From positions 48,918,001 through 48,982,000 of the forward strand of contig NC_083233.1 of NCBI RefSeq assembly GCF_032191835.1: 64,000 bases of DNA, given 5' to 3'. This stretch comes from Heteronotia binoei. Its lineage: Eukaryota. Shown here one piece after another: positions 47,984-60,000 of the stretch. A model generated the notes under the pieces. It ran no database searches. It saw nothing but the letters and a program-made list of their open reading frames with translations, and was not told the origin of the DNA. The stretch's first letter is position 1, and every line of letters begins with the position of its first letter. Made by a program: the position numbers and the translations under genes.

Positions 47984-48676
47984 ATGATCTCCGTTGGCCT
48001 CCAGCTTGTCGGGTATGTCCTTGGGATCTTGGGCTTGTTGGGTACCTCGATAGCCATGCTCCTGCCCAACTGGAAAACCAGCTCCTACATTGGCTCAAGC
48101 ATTGTTACAGCAGTTGGCTTCTCCAAGGGACTCTGGATGGAGTGTGCAACCTATAGCACAGGCATCACCCAGTGTGACATCTACAACTCTCTGCTCAGCT
48201 TGCCTACTAACATCCAGGTGGCCCAGGCACTGATGATCACCTCCATTGCAGTCTCCGTGCTGGCATCTATCATTTGTGTCGCGGGGATGAGATGCACAAT
48301 CTTCTCTCAGGGCTCTCCTGCCAAGGACCGGATAGCTGTGTTTGGAGGGGTGGTCTTTGTGATTGGGGGACTGCTCTGCTTCATCCCTGTGGTGTGGAAT
48401 TTCCATATGATCCTCCGTGACTTCTATAACCCCATTGTCCCTGACAGCATGAAGTTTGAGATTGGCGAAGCTCTCTACCTGGGCATCCTCTCCTCCTTGA
48501 CCTCCCTCATCGGCGGCTTCATCCTCTGTTCCTCATGCCCTCCTCGGGAATCACACACGGCTCGTTATACTCCTTACCGTGCTAAAACCCTGGGTAGCAG
48601 GAACCCATCACCACCTGACATGACTCAAAAGACCAAGAGTGAGTTCAATGCTTATAATCTGACTGGCTACGTGTAA
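47984..48676 (+). CDS. CLDN2: Claudin-2, single coding exon, 230 aa
   Basis: MISVGLQLVGY..., claudin signature W-GLW-C-C (WKTSSY...GLWMEC...QC), four hydrophobic segments, ILRDFYNPIVPDSMKFEIGEALY, C-terminal EFNAYNLTGYV PDZ-binding end typical of CLDN2. True start is ATG 47984; the track begins at a GTG. Confidence 0.97.
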   Translation: MISVGLQLVGYVLGILGLLGTSIAMLLPNWKTSSYIGSSIVTAVGFSKGLWMECATYSTGITQCDIYNSLLSLPTNIQVAQALMITSIAVSVLASIICVAGMRCTIFSQGSPAKDRIAVFGGVVFVIGGLLCFIPVVWNFHMILRDFYNPIVPDSMKFEIGEALYLGILSSLTSLIGGFILCSSCPPRESHTARYTPYRAKTLGSRNPSPPDMTQKTKSEFNAYNLTGYV

Positions 48677-50483
48677 CAGCAACTGGACTCAGCAGCCAGA
48701 GGGGCCCAAGTATACCTCCACTGCCCTCTCGTCATGTAGGTGAACCAAACAGGTAAGCAACAGCCATGCCTGTTCTTCCTACCCTCTTCTCTACGAGCAC
48801 GACTTACCACTCAAGCCGCAATTTCTCCCAGACCCTGCCGACAGCACCACATGGTGTGTTGCTTGAACACCACCCTCTGGTTCTTTGAGGACATCAGAGC
48901 TAAATTTCCTTTGGGGGAAAACTATTCTTGCATTCTGAGTGGCCAAATGATGGGAATCACATTCAACATCTTCAAGACAACAGGCTGCCAGTGCACAGCA
49001 TGGAACAGGCACGTCAGGACATCTGCCAAACTCCAGTGGCTGTTGCATCCTTAAAGGACATACAAGGCTGGCCTGTCGCTTACAGAAGATGTCGGAATGG
49101 AGAGAGGGTGGGAGAGGAGCAGAAATCTGAACTGCTGGGTGGAATTTGTATTTTTGAAGGAAGTTTTCTGTTTCTCAGTAGAGGGGGAGTGAAAAATGCT
49201 GCTTTAAGCTGTAATCCAGGAAGAAATGCAGTCTGCAGAACTGTGCCTGTACGGTGGGTGACTGAGAATGAGATGCCTTCTCACCCTTGGCAGAAGCCCA
49301 GCATATTCCCTGTGCAGCCAGACTGCCCTGTGCCCGTTTGCTTGGCAGGGGGTGGTTCCTCAACAAAGCGTTTCAAAGGGGGGCCATGAAGTGCCCATTA
49401 GTAAAACATTTTGTCTGATCTTGCTGTGTTCATTTCAGCCTTGGCTTTGAAGAGTTCTGCCTCTTGCGTGTGGGTGGGGGGAACACTCTGACCTTGGCAG
49501 ATGGAGCAATTCCAAAAATTTAAAAACACACAAACTTTGAAAGACTTTTCTGCCTTGCTATAAAGGTTCTGATCCTGCTATCTCCAGACATGCTGTTCAG
49601 GCCAACATTCTTGTCCAATGATTTAATGGGACAAACTTTTAAACTTACTACACTTTTTAGGACCCAATTCTAAATTTACTGTACTTCAGAGAACTCAGAA
49701 AGAAACTCCATACTGCTTTGCCTCTCTCCATGCCATCATGCAATGCAGAAATTTCACATCAGTTAACTGGAAGGTTTATATATTATTTTCATGTTTAATA
49801 TTTGTAACTATATAGTGGTTCTGAGCAACAGGCTACATTCCCCGGTCATTTCATACTGTATGCAGAGGCAAACCAAATTTGCCTCCCAGAGCCTCCTGTC
49901 CTACTCAGCCCACCTCATCCTCCTTCATGCTCTTACAACCCACCGGCAAAAGAGTTGCACTCTTCTATTTGATAACCATTGCAAAGAGCAAAAGGAGGAC
50001 AGAATGCTTCCTGTCAGGGTCCCTGGTGATGACAGGCTTTCTGCTCTCATTCCTGCCTAATTTTGCCAGCAGCAGCATTGCCATAGCATCATTCTGAGGA
50101 GATCAGGAGACCTCTGGCTGAAGGAATGGGAAAGGAAAAGTCATACTGGTAGACATCCTAGTAATCTACAAGTAGCTCAAGAGTGGTGAGTTAATGACTT
50201 GATCCTACAAACCATTTCTACCAACAGAAGGATTTCTGCCAGTGGAGTGCAGCTTGCACACGCACACACATACATGGAATGCTTCTTATTTTGGTTGGTA
50301 GAAATGATTATGTGAACAATCCTGCCCAACAATAGCAAATTGTCTGGGGAATAATGTTATTCCTGAGGGTGTCAGAGAACTGAGACAAAAATGGACTCTG
50401 AATCTCACTGTGTTTAATGTCACAAATTGCTATGGGGGACACTGTGTTAGCCTGTCAAGACAAAAAAAGAGAGTCTGGTGGAT

Positions 50484-50701
50484 TAGGTTGTCAGTTCTGG
50501 GTTGGGAAATACCTGGAGATTTTGGGGGTGCAGCCTGGGGAGGGCAGGATTTGGGGTGGGGAAGAACCTCAACAGGATATAATGCCATAAAATGCATCCT
50601 CCAAAGCAGCCATTTTCTCCAGGGAAACTGATCTTGGTCATCTGGAGATCTGTTGTAATAGCAGGAGATCTCCAGGTGCTACCTAGAGGCTGGCAACCCT
50701 A
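50484..50701 (-). mobile_element. TAGGGTTGCCA-family MITE, reverse orientation
   Basis: Reverse complement of the family interior, ending CTGGCAACCCTA. Confidence 0.8.
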
Positions 50702-50835
50702 CCAGTAGACCATTAAACCTAATTGATTTGTATCAAGATAAGTGTTTGTAGGTCACAGCCCACTTCGGCACACCAAAGGGGCAGGGAGTGAAGAGTGAGT
50801 TTAAATAAACACATGAAACACAAAAGGTATATTCA

Positions 50836-51020
50836 GGTTGGTGGGTAGCCATGCTAGCCTGAAGCAACAGAACAAAGTCTGAGTCCAAATTAACGAAGTT
50901 TAATTCTGGGTAAGAGCTTTCTTATGCATGCATACTTCTTCAGAAAGTATGCATGAAAACTTATACCCACAATTAAACTTTGTTGGTCTTAAAGGTGCTG
51001 CTGGACTCAAACTTTGTTCC
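50836..51020. mobile_element. Inverted pair of Penelope-like terminal repeats
   Basis: GTAGCCATGCTAGCCTGAAG head typical of reptilian PLE-derived repeats (from memory); arms 50870-50938 and 50942-51019 are imperfect reverse complements. Confidence 0.55.
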
Positions 51021-51385
51021 TCAAAAAGTATAGTTTGTGACATTTCTATGTGCAACTCAAACTCATCTGCCAAAGTGACATTTAGCCTTAATAATATGTT
51101 GTCCGCATAGAACAAACAGGTCTGTTACTGTGCAAAAGAATAAACAGAGAAAATTGACAGTAAAAAAATGGCCATTTCCAGAAACCTGGGACAGAACATT
51201 TCCATCTACCAGGGCATTATGTTGCTGACCTAAAAATCAACGTTGTTCAACAAAAGGGGGCTTCAAAGAAAACATTTCAATGAGAAACTGTTCAACTAAA
51301 AAATAGATTCAGGTGGGGAGCCATGTTGTTCTGAATTAGCAGAACAAAATTCAAGTGAGTCCCATGGCACCTTTAAGATCACTAA

Positions 51386-51649
51386 GACCGATTTCACATT
51401 CACCCTATGCCACTCTCAAGGTGGTCTTCTCAGCACAGTGGCCTTCCAATTTCCCACTATCTGCTCCAGGGCTGCAGCAAAGATCGGCATTTAAGTGCAG
51501 CAAACAGAAACCGCTAAAAACCAGTTTCTGTTTGCTGCACTTAAACGCTTATGTTTGCTGCAGCCCCAGGGCAGATAGTGGGAAATTGGAAGGATGTTGT
51601 GTTTAGAAGACGACCATGAGAGCGGCTTAGGATGAGTGCGAAATTGGTC
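51386..51649. mobile_element. Foldback PIF/Harbinger-type MITE (264 bp)
   Basis: The whole element is an imperfect palindrome; 3-bp TAA TSD at 51383-51385 and 51650-51652. Confidence 0.85.
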
Positions 51650-51691
51650 TAAGTTTTATTCAAGGTATGACCTTTTCTTCAAATACACTAC

Positions 51692-52460
51692 CTAAGAACA
51701 TAAGAACATCAGAGAAGCCATGTTGGATCAGGCCAATGGCCCATCCAGTCCAACACTCTGTGTCACACAGTAGCCACAAAAAAATGGTGTCTTAGGAGGT
51801 CCATCAGTGCGGCCAGGACACTAGAAGCCCTCCCACTGTTGCCCTCCCCCAAGCACCAAGAATACAGAGCATCACTGCCCCAGACAGAGAGTTCCATCAA
51901 TACCCTGTGGCTAATAGCCATTGATGGACCTCTGCTTCATATGTTTATCCAATCCCCTCTTGAAGTTGGCTATGCTTTTAGCTGCCACCACCTCCTGTGG
52001 CAGTGAATTCCATGTGTTAATCACCCTTTGGGTGAAGAAGTATTTCCTTTTATCGGTTCTAACCTAAGCAATTTCACTGAGTGCCCACAAGTTCTTGTAT
52101 TGTGAGAAAGGGAGAAAAGTACTTCTTTCTCTACCTTCTCTATCCCATGCATAATCTTGTAAACCTCTATCATGTCACCCCTTAGTCGACATTTCCTCAA
52201 GCTAAAGAGCCCCAAGCATTTTAAGCTTTCTTCATAGGGAAAGTGTTCCAACCCTTTAATCATTCTAGTTGCCTTTTTCCAATGTTATAATATCTTTTGG
52301 GGGGTGACCAGAATTTTACACAGTACTCCAAACGAGGCCGCACCATCGATTTCTACAGGGGCATTATGATACTGGCTGATTTGTTTTCAATTCTCCTAAT
52401 AATCCCCAGCATAGCATTGGCCTTTTTTCTTGTAGTCACACACTGTCTTGACCTATATGT
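51692..52460 (-). mobile_element. CR1 LINE 3' fragment
   Basis: (AAGAACAT)n tail complement at 51692; ORF 52021-52263 has the CR1 ORF2 end (LGLFSLRKCRLRGDMIEVYKIMHG). Confidence 0.9.
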
Positions 52461-53859
52461 ATAGAGCCCTTGAAGCAGAGCTTTGTAGTTCTCTAGTTAT
52501 ATATCCCCAGCCTCTGTTACTCAAAGGTATACTTCTACATTTAGAAGCTCCAGTAAGGTATGATCAGCCTTCCAGGAAAGCCTGATGCGTTACGGCACAT
52601 CGTTCAAAAGGCCTGGACAGGAAGAAGATGGCAGACTCCTGCAGCAGCGCTGAGCTTACCTGGAGCCAGCTAATAGGAGTGCTCTCTTAGACAAGCTCTG
52701 GCACTGACTGATTGCTGAGAAGTACAGCCAGAGGAGAACTTCTCCACTAAGCTGGTGAAGCCATCCATTATTAATGCATGGTGGTGGATTTGTTGAGATG
52801 CCATGCCACAGACAGAAGGTCATGGGCAGAGGTGGCAGGGTAGGCAAGATGGGGCAGCTGGGCCACCACAACCAATTGTAGATGGCATGTTGGCTCCAGG
52901 GTGAGGTTGCCCCATCAAACCCTTAGCCTCTAGGCTCCCCTTCCAGCTACTCCTTGCACAAGTTTCGCACAGCATTCAAATGCAAGGGGATTGAACTGGT
53001 GTACAGTACAGTTTGAAAAGACTCTCAACCATAAAGTGATTTAGATTAATGCCCAAGAGGGGAATGCCAAGTTCACCACTGTGACGCCAATCATTAACCT
53101 TGGCAACCATCACACCTGTTTACTTGGCCCTCTAATACCATAGATAATAGCATGACTAATGTGTTCTTCCCGTTCACACTGAAGAAATATATGGCCTGAG
53201 GCGCCTGATCCTCAGTGAGGAGAGAGGTACAGCTGACTTCAAGGTGAGAGATTTCTATCCCACAGTCTGAGATCTGTCGTGCCAGGAACTGGCACTTCGA
53301 AGGAAGGTGCAGGTAATTTGTGGCTGCTCTGAACTGATTGACCTGCTGTTCTGCACACCTTTAGGCCAAGCTGCCTTTGACCTCACTGAAGCACCTCAAG
53401 TGCAGTTCCAACAAAGTGTGACAGAGGGTGCTACTGCACACTGCGTGCTCAATCTGGCTTGGATGCTAGTGGGGAAAGAGGGCTTTTTCTCCTGCTTCCA
53501 TAGGGCTTTGCAGTGTTTTCAAGTGTCGCCCCGCTTTCTGCAGCTTTACTATCTCTCCTTAACCTGCTTCACTAAAATCTTTTTGGAAAGATCACAGCAA
53601 TTCCATAGTGTCTGCTGTGTGGACAGGAAAGTCCAGCTGTCCCCCAGTCCCAACCTCAACAGAACCATGTCACCACCTCAGTACCCCACAGCTGCCATTC
53701 CTTTCACTGTGCCACAGAATAGGCAGCTGTTTCAGTTTTAAAAACTGTAAACTGACCCTAGAGGTCCCATCCAACTCTATGAATCTATGATTCCATGAAT
53801 TTGCTAGAGTTATAATGCTATAGTGATTTGTGAATTACTAATTTTTAAATATATTTATT

Positions 53860-54070
53860 TGCTTCATTTGTACCCTGTCTTCCTCCTCAACGGGGACCCA
53901 AAACAGCATACATTGTTCTCCTCTCCTTCCATTTAATGCTCACAACAACTCTTTGAGGTAGGCTAGGCTGAGAAAGTATGAGCAGCCTAAGATCACCCAG
54001 CAAGATCGCAAGTGGAGATCTGAACCCAGGCCTCCTGGATGCTAGTCCAACACTCTTAATCGCTACACCA
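53860..54070 (-). mobile_element. Old MIR/Squam3-like SINE (similar old copies at 40620-40800, 54660-54865, 56085-56250 minus and 57077-57260 plus)
   Basis: TGAGGTAGGCTAGGCTGAGA core and TCTGAACCCAGG B-box complement. Confidence 0.7.
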
Positions 54071-55045
54071 TACTGGCTCTCCCCTGTGGCACAGATGGGA
54101 AGAGGAACTGCTGCTCTGGGGGTCTTAGGCAGGGAAGAGGCAGGACACCCCATTCTGTGGAAAGTCTTGTTGCTGTTGTAATGAACCAGCAGTTATGGAG
54201 GCTACAAGAACACACCTGAGAATCACTGCCTTGTGGAAAAACGAAGTTTTGAGTCCAGTGGCACCTTTTAATTTTTTATTCAAGGTATATGCTTTCAAAT
54301 GCATGCACACTGCTTCAAATAGAACGTGGAAGAAAGCGAAGCCCCCCCCCCCCAAAAAAAAACACATGCACAGTACACACAGGAGAAAAAGAGCAGAGCC
54401 CTATAAAATATATTTGAAATATTTTTGTAAAACAAAGAGCAGATCCAAGAAGTAGTGACCATTTAGTCAACTGTCTCCTCTCCTTGCAAACATTCCTCTG
54501 CTATTAAGGCTCTGACTCTACAGCTCTGGTCCTCTGCTATTAAGGATCTGACTCCACCGCTCCAAGCAGAAGCAGACGGGAACTGCAAACCACCCTTTGG
54601 AATCCCTGTTCCCACTCTACTGCATCTGCAGTCCCTGCAGCAACTAGAGTTCCCTATTGTTTATTCATTTACATTTATGCCCTGCTTTTCTCCCCAATGG
54701 GGTCTCAATGCAGCTCAACCATTCTTTTCTCTTCCCTTTGATCCTCATGAAAACCCCGTGAGGCTGAGAAAGCATGACTGGCCCAAGGTCCCTCAGCGAG
54801 CTTCCCCCTAGCAGATTTGAACCTCTCAGATCCCGGTTCAACACACAAACTACCACACCACACTGGCATTAAGAAAATTCAATGTGTGGGAACCGCTTTC
54901 TTCTTCTGCATGTCGTGGCAGTCTTCAGTGGCAGCACTGCCCATTTCAAAGAGTGGCTGAGACTGAGATTCTCCAAGAAGTGAAGGGTCCATACCATACA
55001 GGAGGCTACAGATTAAAGTCACTTTGCCTGTACATATAACAGAAT

Positions 55046-55262
55046 GCATATGAACATATGAAGCTGCCTTATACTGAATCAGACCCTTGGTCCATCAAAG
55101 TCAGTATTGTCTACTCAGACTGGCAGCGGCTCTCCAGGGTCTCAAGCTGAGGTTTTCCACGCCTACTTGCTTGAACCCTTTTTAGTTGGAGATGCCGGGG
55201 ATTGAACTTGGGACCTTCTGCTTACCAAGCAGATGCTCTACCACTGAGCCACCGTCCCTCCC
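55046..55262 (-). mobile_element. Young full-length tRNA-derived SINE with CR1-like tail
   Basis: Minus strand GGGACGGTGGCTCAGTGGTAGAGC (A box) ... GTTCAATCCCC (B box) ... GCTTCATATGTTCATATG tail. Confidence 0.9.
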
Positions 55263-55898
55263 CAATGAGATGGTGTGCCTTGGCTTGCTCAGCAAGAATG
55301 TGGATGACTTGGTTCTCCCTAAGAATCTCCCTTGATGCAAATTCCAGCTGTTTCTGGACAGCTTGTTCCAACACTTAATTGGTCTGATAGTTAACATTCA
55401 GCCGTAATGGAGGTTGCAGCAGCTCCTGCTGTTCAGTTTTCCACTCACTTGCAAGCGGCAGAGAGAATCCTTCCCCATTTCCTTTCTAGGAGCTAGTAAA
55501 GGAGTTGTGAATGGCCCACATGACCCCTTCCTCATTTTGCTAGGTCCAGCATACACATCCCCTGAGGAAGATTCCTTCCAGTCTCATTCTGTTTGACACG
55601 GAGACATTAATTGCTCCAGGGGCTGAAACTTCCCCCAAAATTGGTGGTCATGTCTTCCAGTCCACATTGATTTGGCTTCCTCATTAGATGGTTGCACAAA
55701 ACTATCTCAGAGGGGCCCATCGAGCTGAATACTGATTTTCTCCACACTAGGCCAAAATGAATAGGAGGAAGAACTCGGTACAAGATAAATTGTGTCCGTC
55801 TGCAGTACCAATTTGGATCACAGCTGGGCAGGGAGAGTTACCTTCCACCCCCCTCTTGGTTTCGCTAATCAAAATGGGGCTTTGTGCATCATTATTAG

Positions 55899-56015
55899 CA
55901 GGGCTTTTTTGTAGAAAAAGCCCAGCAGGAACTCATTTGCATATTAGGCCACATCCCATTATATCAAGCCAGCCGCAACTGCGTTCCTGTGCATTCTTGC
56001 TGGGAAAAAGCCCTG
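55899..56015 (+). mobile_element. 117-bp hAT-type MITE carrying an octamer motif
   Basis: TIR CAGGGCTTTTT / AAAAAGCCCTG; TSD ATTATTAG / ATTATAAT (6/8); ATTTGCAT at 55935-55942. Confidence 0.8.
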
Positions 56016-58439
56016 ATTATAATTATTTTAAAGGGGAAAGCCATGTCTTTTTTTTAATTCCCCTTCTAAAATGTACTTGTATGTTTATTTAAATATGTAC
56101 ACCCCACATTTCTCCCCAGTAGGGACCCAAAGCGGCTTATGTTGTTTTCATTTTCTCCTCACAACCCCCTGTGAAAGGGTTAGGCTGAGAGGGTGGGACT
56201 GGCCAAGTGGGTGATGATGTGGAAGTTCAAACCTGGATCTCCCTAGTCTGGCACATAACAGAAGCCCAGCAAGTCCAGTTGCAATTAGTGACTCAGACGG
56301 TGGGGGTGGGTGTCAAAGGATTCAATCCCCTCTTTCCTTCCCACACAGCTTTCATCTGAATCATGGCTGCTCATGCACGATTTGCCTTTTACTGACTGAC
56401 AAAGAACAAAGGGCATGTCAGCTGTGGGCCCTCTGCCACCACAAGCTACTTCACCTTTATGGTCTGGAGGCTTCTCCTGTTTCACAGCGAAACCTCCGTC
56501 AGGAAAGGGTGAGATGCGAGTGTGGGACAGAGCCCAGCAACATCCCAAGCAGGCTGCCTCGCCCCCTGGATAGAGGAAAAAGAAGACAGGGAAATCAGGC
56601 CGGTCCTTTGATGGCTTATAACTGGCTTGTGTGAGTGACAGGGTGTGGGTCTGACCCAGGCCTCCCCCACCCTGGGGACAATTTTGGTCCTGTGCCCACC
56701 CTGTCAGTGACACTGGCCACCTGCCCACATCAGCCCCCAGAGCTTTTCTGCTGGCTATGCAGAAGCTGCAGCCAAGGATCAGTCAAGCCAAAAAGAACAA
56801 AATGGAACCATGAGAAAGGCTGTGATCAATGAAGCAAAAGGGCATTAAAGAGGATGCAGGAGGCAAGAGAGCTCCAGGGAGCAGGGCAACAACAGAGGTG
56901 GGAAGGAACAGACGAGTATGAATAACTGGCCAAATGATCCAGCAGGTTTTGCCTGTGTCAGCTGCAAAAGGCAGACCCTTTCAAGTAGCTGTTGTTTTCC
57001 TCCTCTTCTACTTGTCCCAGGAGCCGAGCCTTGAGGTGACAGCAGCTGGGATGACCATGTCAAAAGGATTCGAGAGCCAGTGTAGCATAGCGATTAGACT
57101 GTTGAGACCCAGTTTCAATCCCCACTCTGGTGCAAAAGTCGGCTAGGTGACTTTGGCCCAGTCTCACACTCTCAGCCTAGCCTGCCTCGCAGGGTTGTTG
57201 TGAGGATAAGATGGAGGATAGCAACATAACTCATTTTAGGTCCCCACTGGAGACCCAAGGGTAGGGTAAAAATTAGGTAGGGTAAAAATTAGATAAGTAA
57301 TGTAAACAAAGTGGACAATCTGGGAGAACCCTAAGGGTCCTAAGCTGAAATAAAGGCAGATGATACACCACTTTTTATGCTGTCTCACACACACATGCCA
57401 GCCAGGCACAGAGCAAAGGCAGATTTTCCCATTGGGACTGTACAGGTCTGACTGGACAAGCCAGATGACGTCACCCAGCCAGCCGCATTGCTGCAGACCC
57501 TCTTGCTGAAACGAAAGTCTAAAGTTGCTCTGCAAGCACATCTCTTGCTGTGAGGGTGAGGTCTCATGGCATTACTGGGTGTGGAGTGGATGAAGCCACC
57601 TTGCACCAAGTCGGAGCACTGAGTTAGCAGCTGCACTTATTAGCTGCTTCTCATAAGGTCTCTCATCAAGCAGAGATCTTTCCCAGCCCAGGCATATTGT
57701 TACCAGCATTGCTGGGGACTGTCCTTGGGACCCTCTGATGCTCTGAGCTACAGTCCCTCCCACCACAAGCCCCTTCCCAACCTATTCTGAATGCCCTGCC
57801 AATTTTAATGCCTTTGTGTTTTTCTGTACATATTCTCTTTTGGTAGAAGAGGATGTGGAAAGCCTCCACCTGAGACCTGGACTTCCAGTCTGAGTAGACC
57901 AAACTGACCTTGATGGACCAGTGGTCTGATGCAGTATAAGGCAGCTTCAAATGTTCATGTGTCTTGCGAGTCCCCACTGTGCTTATTTTTTTTTTAAGAA
58001 TGGAAATTATTTCTTTAGAACAGAAGTAGCCCCATGCTTTCTACTATGTGGGGACAGAGACAATACAGAAGAGGGAACCACCACTAGTAAAGTACTAAAG
58101 GAAAACAGAATTTTGCAAACACATTTCCTCTAGAAAGGCACAAAATCTTTGGCAGCCAAAGATTGCCACCTAGTGGAAAGATTTATATATTACTGATGCC
58201 GAAAAGCAGGGGGGTAAAGGCATAGATGTTTGGGCCCCTGGCAAAAATCTTCCTTACAGACTCCTGTTTTACTCCTTTCCAATACGTTGCCTTTCTAGCA
58301 TTGAGAGGTGGTCTATGCACAATCTTTTGAGGTTAGAAGGCCCTATGGAAGTGATTTCAATAACACATTTTCTGCTTCTCTTCACAAAAACTTCGCAGAA
58401 ATTACCAAGATGCATCTTTAGGGGGCTGGTTGTTTGTGT

Positions 58440-60000
58440 GTTTATGTTTCGTATACACACCCACATACACAAGGTGGCAGAAGAAATTAGGTCTTTGGGG
58501 AGCCCCAGAAAAGATCAATCAAAAGGAAGTTCAAAGGAAGAGAAAAGAGGGTCAAATCCCTTCAGGACGCAGGATAATTGAAGCTCAGAATGTGTACCAC
58601 AGACACCCCAAGGTTCCACTAAAGAGAAATGTCAGCATGATTCATGAGCAAAGTCAAGGAAATCATAAAAGGCAAGACTGGCTGGCTCCCTTTAAAATGT
58701 AGAAGTCGTGCCTAAATGAGCTGAAAAAGAAGATGCATAGGCTCTGTCTAAACAGATGCAACTTTGTGATAAAGTGGGCAAAAAGGAATTTCATTGCTTA
58801 AAACATCAAGAAAAAATGATAAGATTTTTTAATTAAACCAGATGCAGGAAACTGGGCAGTTGGACTGTTGGGTGGGGAAAGAGTAAACAGTTTGCTAAGG
58901 AAGCCAGGGAGACTGCAGAGAAGCTGAAATGCTTTTCTTCATCTCTTTTTGCTGTGGAAGATGTATGACAGTTACACACCCTGAAACTGCTATTTGCAGA
59001 GATGTGTCTGAAGAACCAAATCAAATTAAGGTGACAAGACATAAAGTTCTAAGGCTAATGGACAAATTAAAAATGAACACATTACTGGGTCCAGACAGCA
59101 TCCACCCAAATGTCTTAAAGACCTCAAATGTGAAATGTTTTTTCTTCCAACAATATTATTCAGCTCATTATTAAAATCAGCCTCACTTTTTAAAAAAAAG
59201 GTTGGAAAGTAGCAAACAATCTGCTACTTTTAAAATGGGTTCTGGGAGAAACCTGGAACTTAGAAGCAAGTTGACCTGATGCCTATTCCTGGTAAGTTGA
59301 TGGAAACCATTTTAAAAGGTAAAGCTGCAGTACTGCAGTCGGAGCCCTCTGCTCACGGCCTGAGTTCGATCCCAGCGGAAGCTGGTTCAGGTAGCCGGCT
59401 CCAGGTTGACTCAGCCTTCCATCCTTCCGAGGTCAGTAATGAGTACTCAGCTTGCTGGGGGGAAAGTGTAGATGACTGGGGAAGGCAATGGCAAACCACC
59501 CCGTAAAAAGTGTGCCATTAAAACGTTGTGAAAGCAACATCACCCTGGAGTCGAAAACGACTGGTGCTTGCACAGGGGACTACCTTTACCTTTTTATCAT
59601 TATGCATATAGAGGAATGAGCCTTGCTGAGGAAAAATCATCAGGGCTTCCATTAAGGGAAATTCTGCCTCACCAGCTTTCTGATGTTTCTCAGGTACTTT
59701 GAATAGCAATTCGGTAAACACATTTGGACTTTCAAAAGGCCTTCAAAACCTTCAGAGTTCTGAAAAGTTCTCTTGCAGATTAGTATCTGTTTAAACTACA
59801 GGAAGCAAGGGGTGGGAATAAATTGACAGTTCTCACAATGGGGGAAAGTAGGAAGTGGAGTCCTACAAGGATTAGATTTGGTATTGGTGCTATTTAATTG
59901 GATCATAAATAAACAGGATGGAAGAGTAGTAAAGTGGCCGGGTTCATCCAAAATGGTGAAAACCAAACTGACTGTGAGGAACTCCAAGAAACCTCTGTGC
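58440..60000 (+). mobile_element. Decayed CR1 ORF2 segment, interrupted by a SINE
   Basis: Remnants such as LLGPDSIHPNVLK (ORF 58929-59174), GKLMETILK, GGAGTCCTACAAGGA (GVxQG) and GACTGTGAGGAACTCCAA. Confidence 0.8.
59318..59594 (+). mobile_element. Sauria-type SINE (BovB-like 3' end) nested in CR1
   Basis: GAGTTCGATCCC B box, GGGGAAGGCAATGGCAAACCACCCC core, (ACCTTT)n tail. Confidence 0.9.

Noticed and set aside
57261-57292. Perfect 16-bp tandem repeat GTAGGGTAAAAATTAG
   Set aside because: Slippage in a SINE tail; no further structure.
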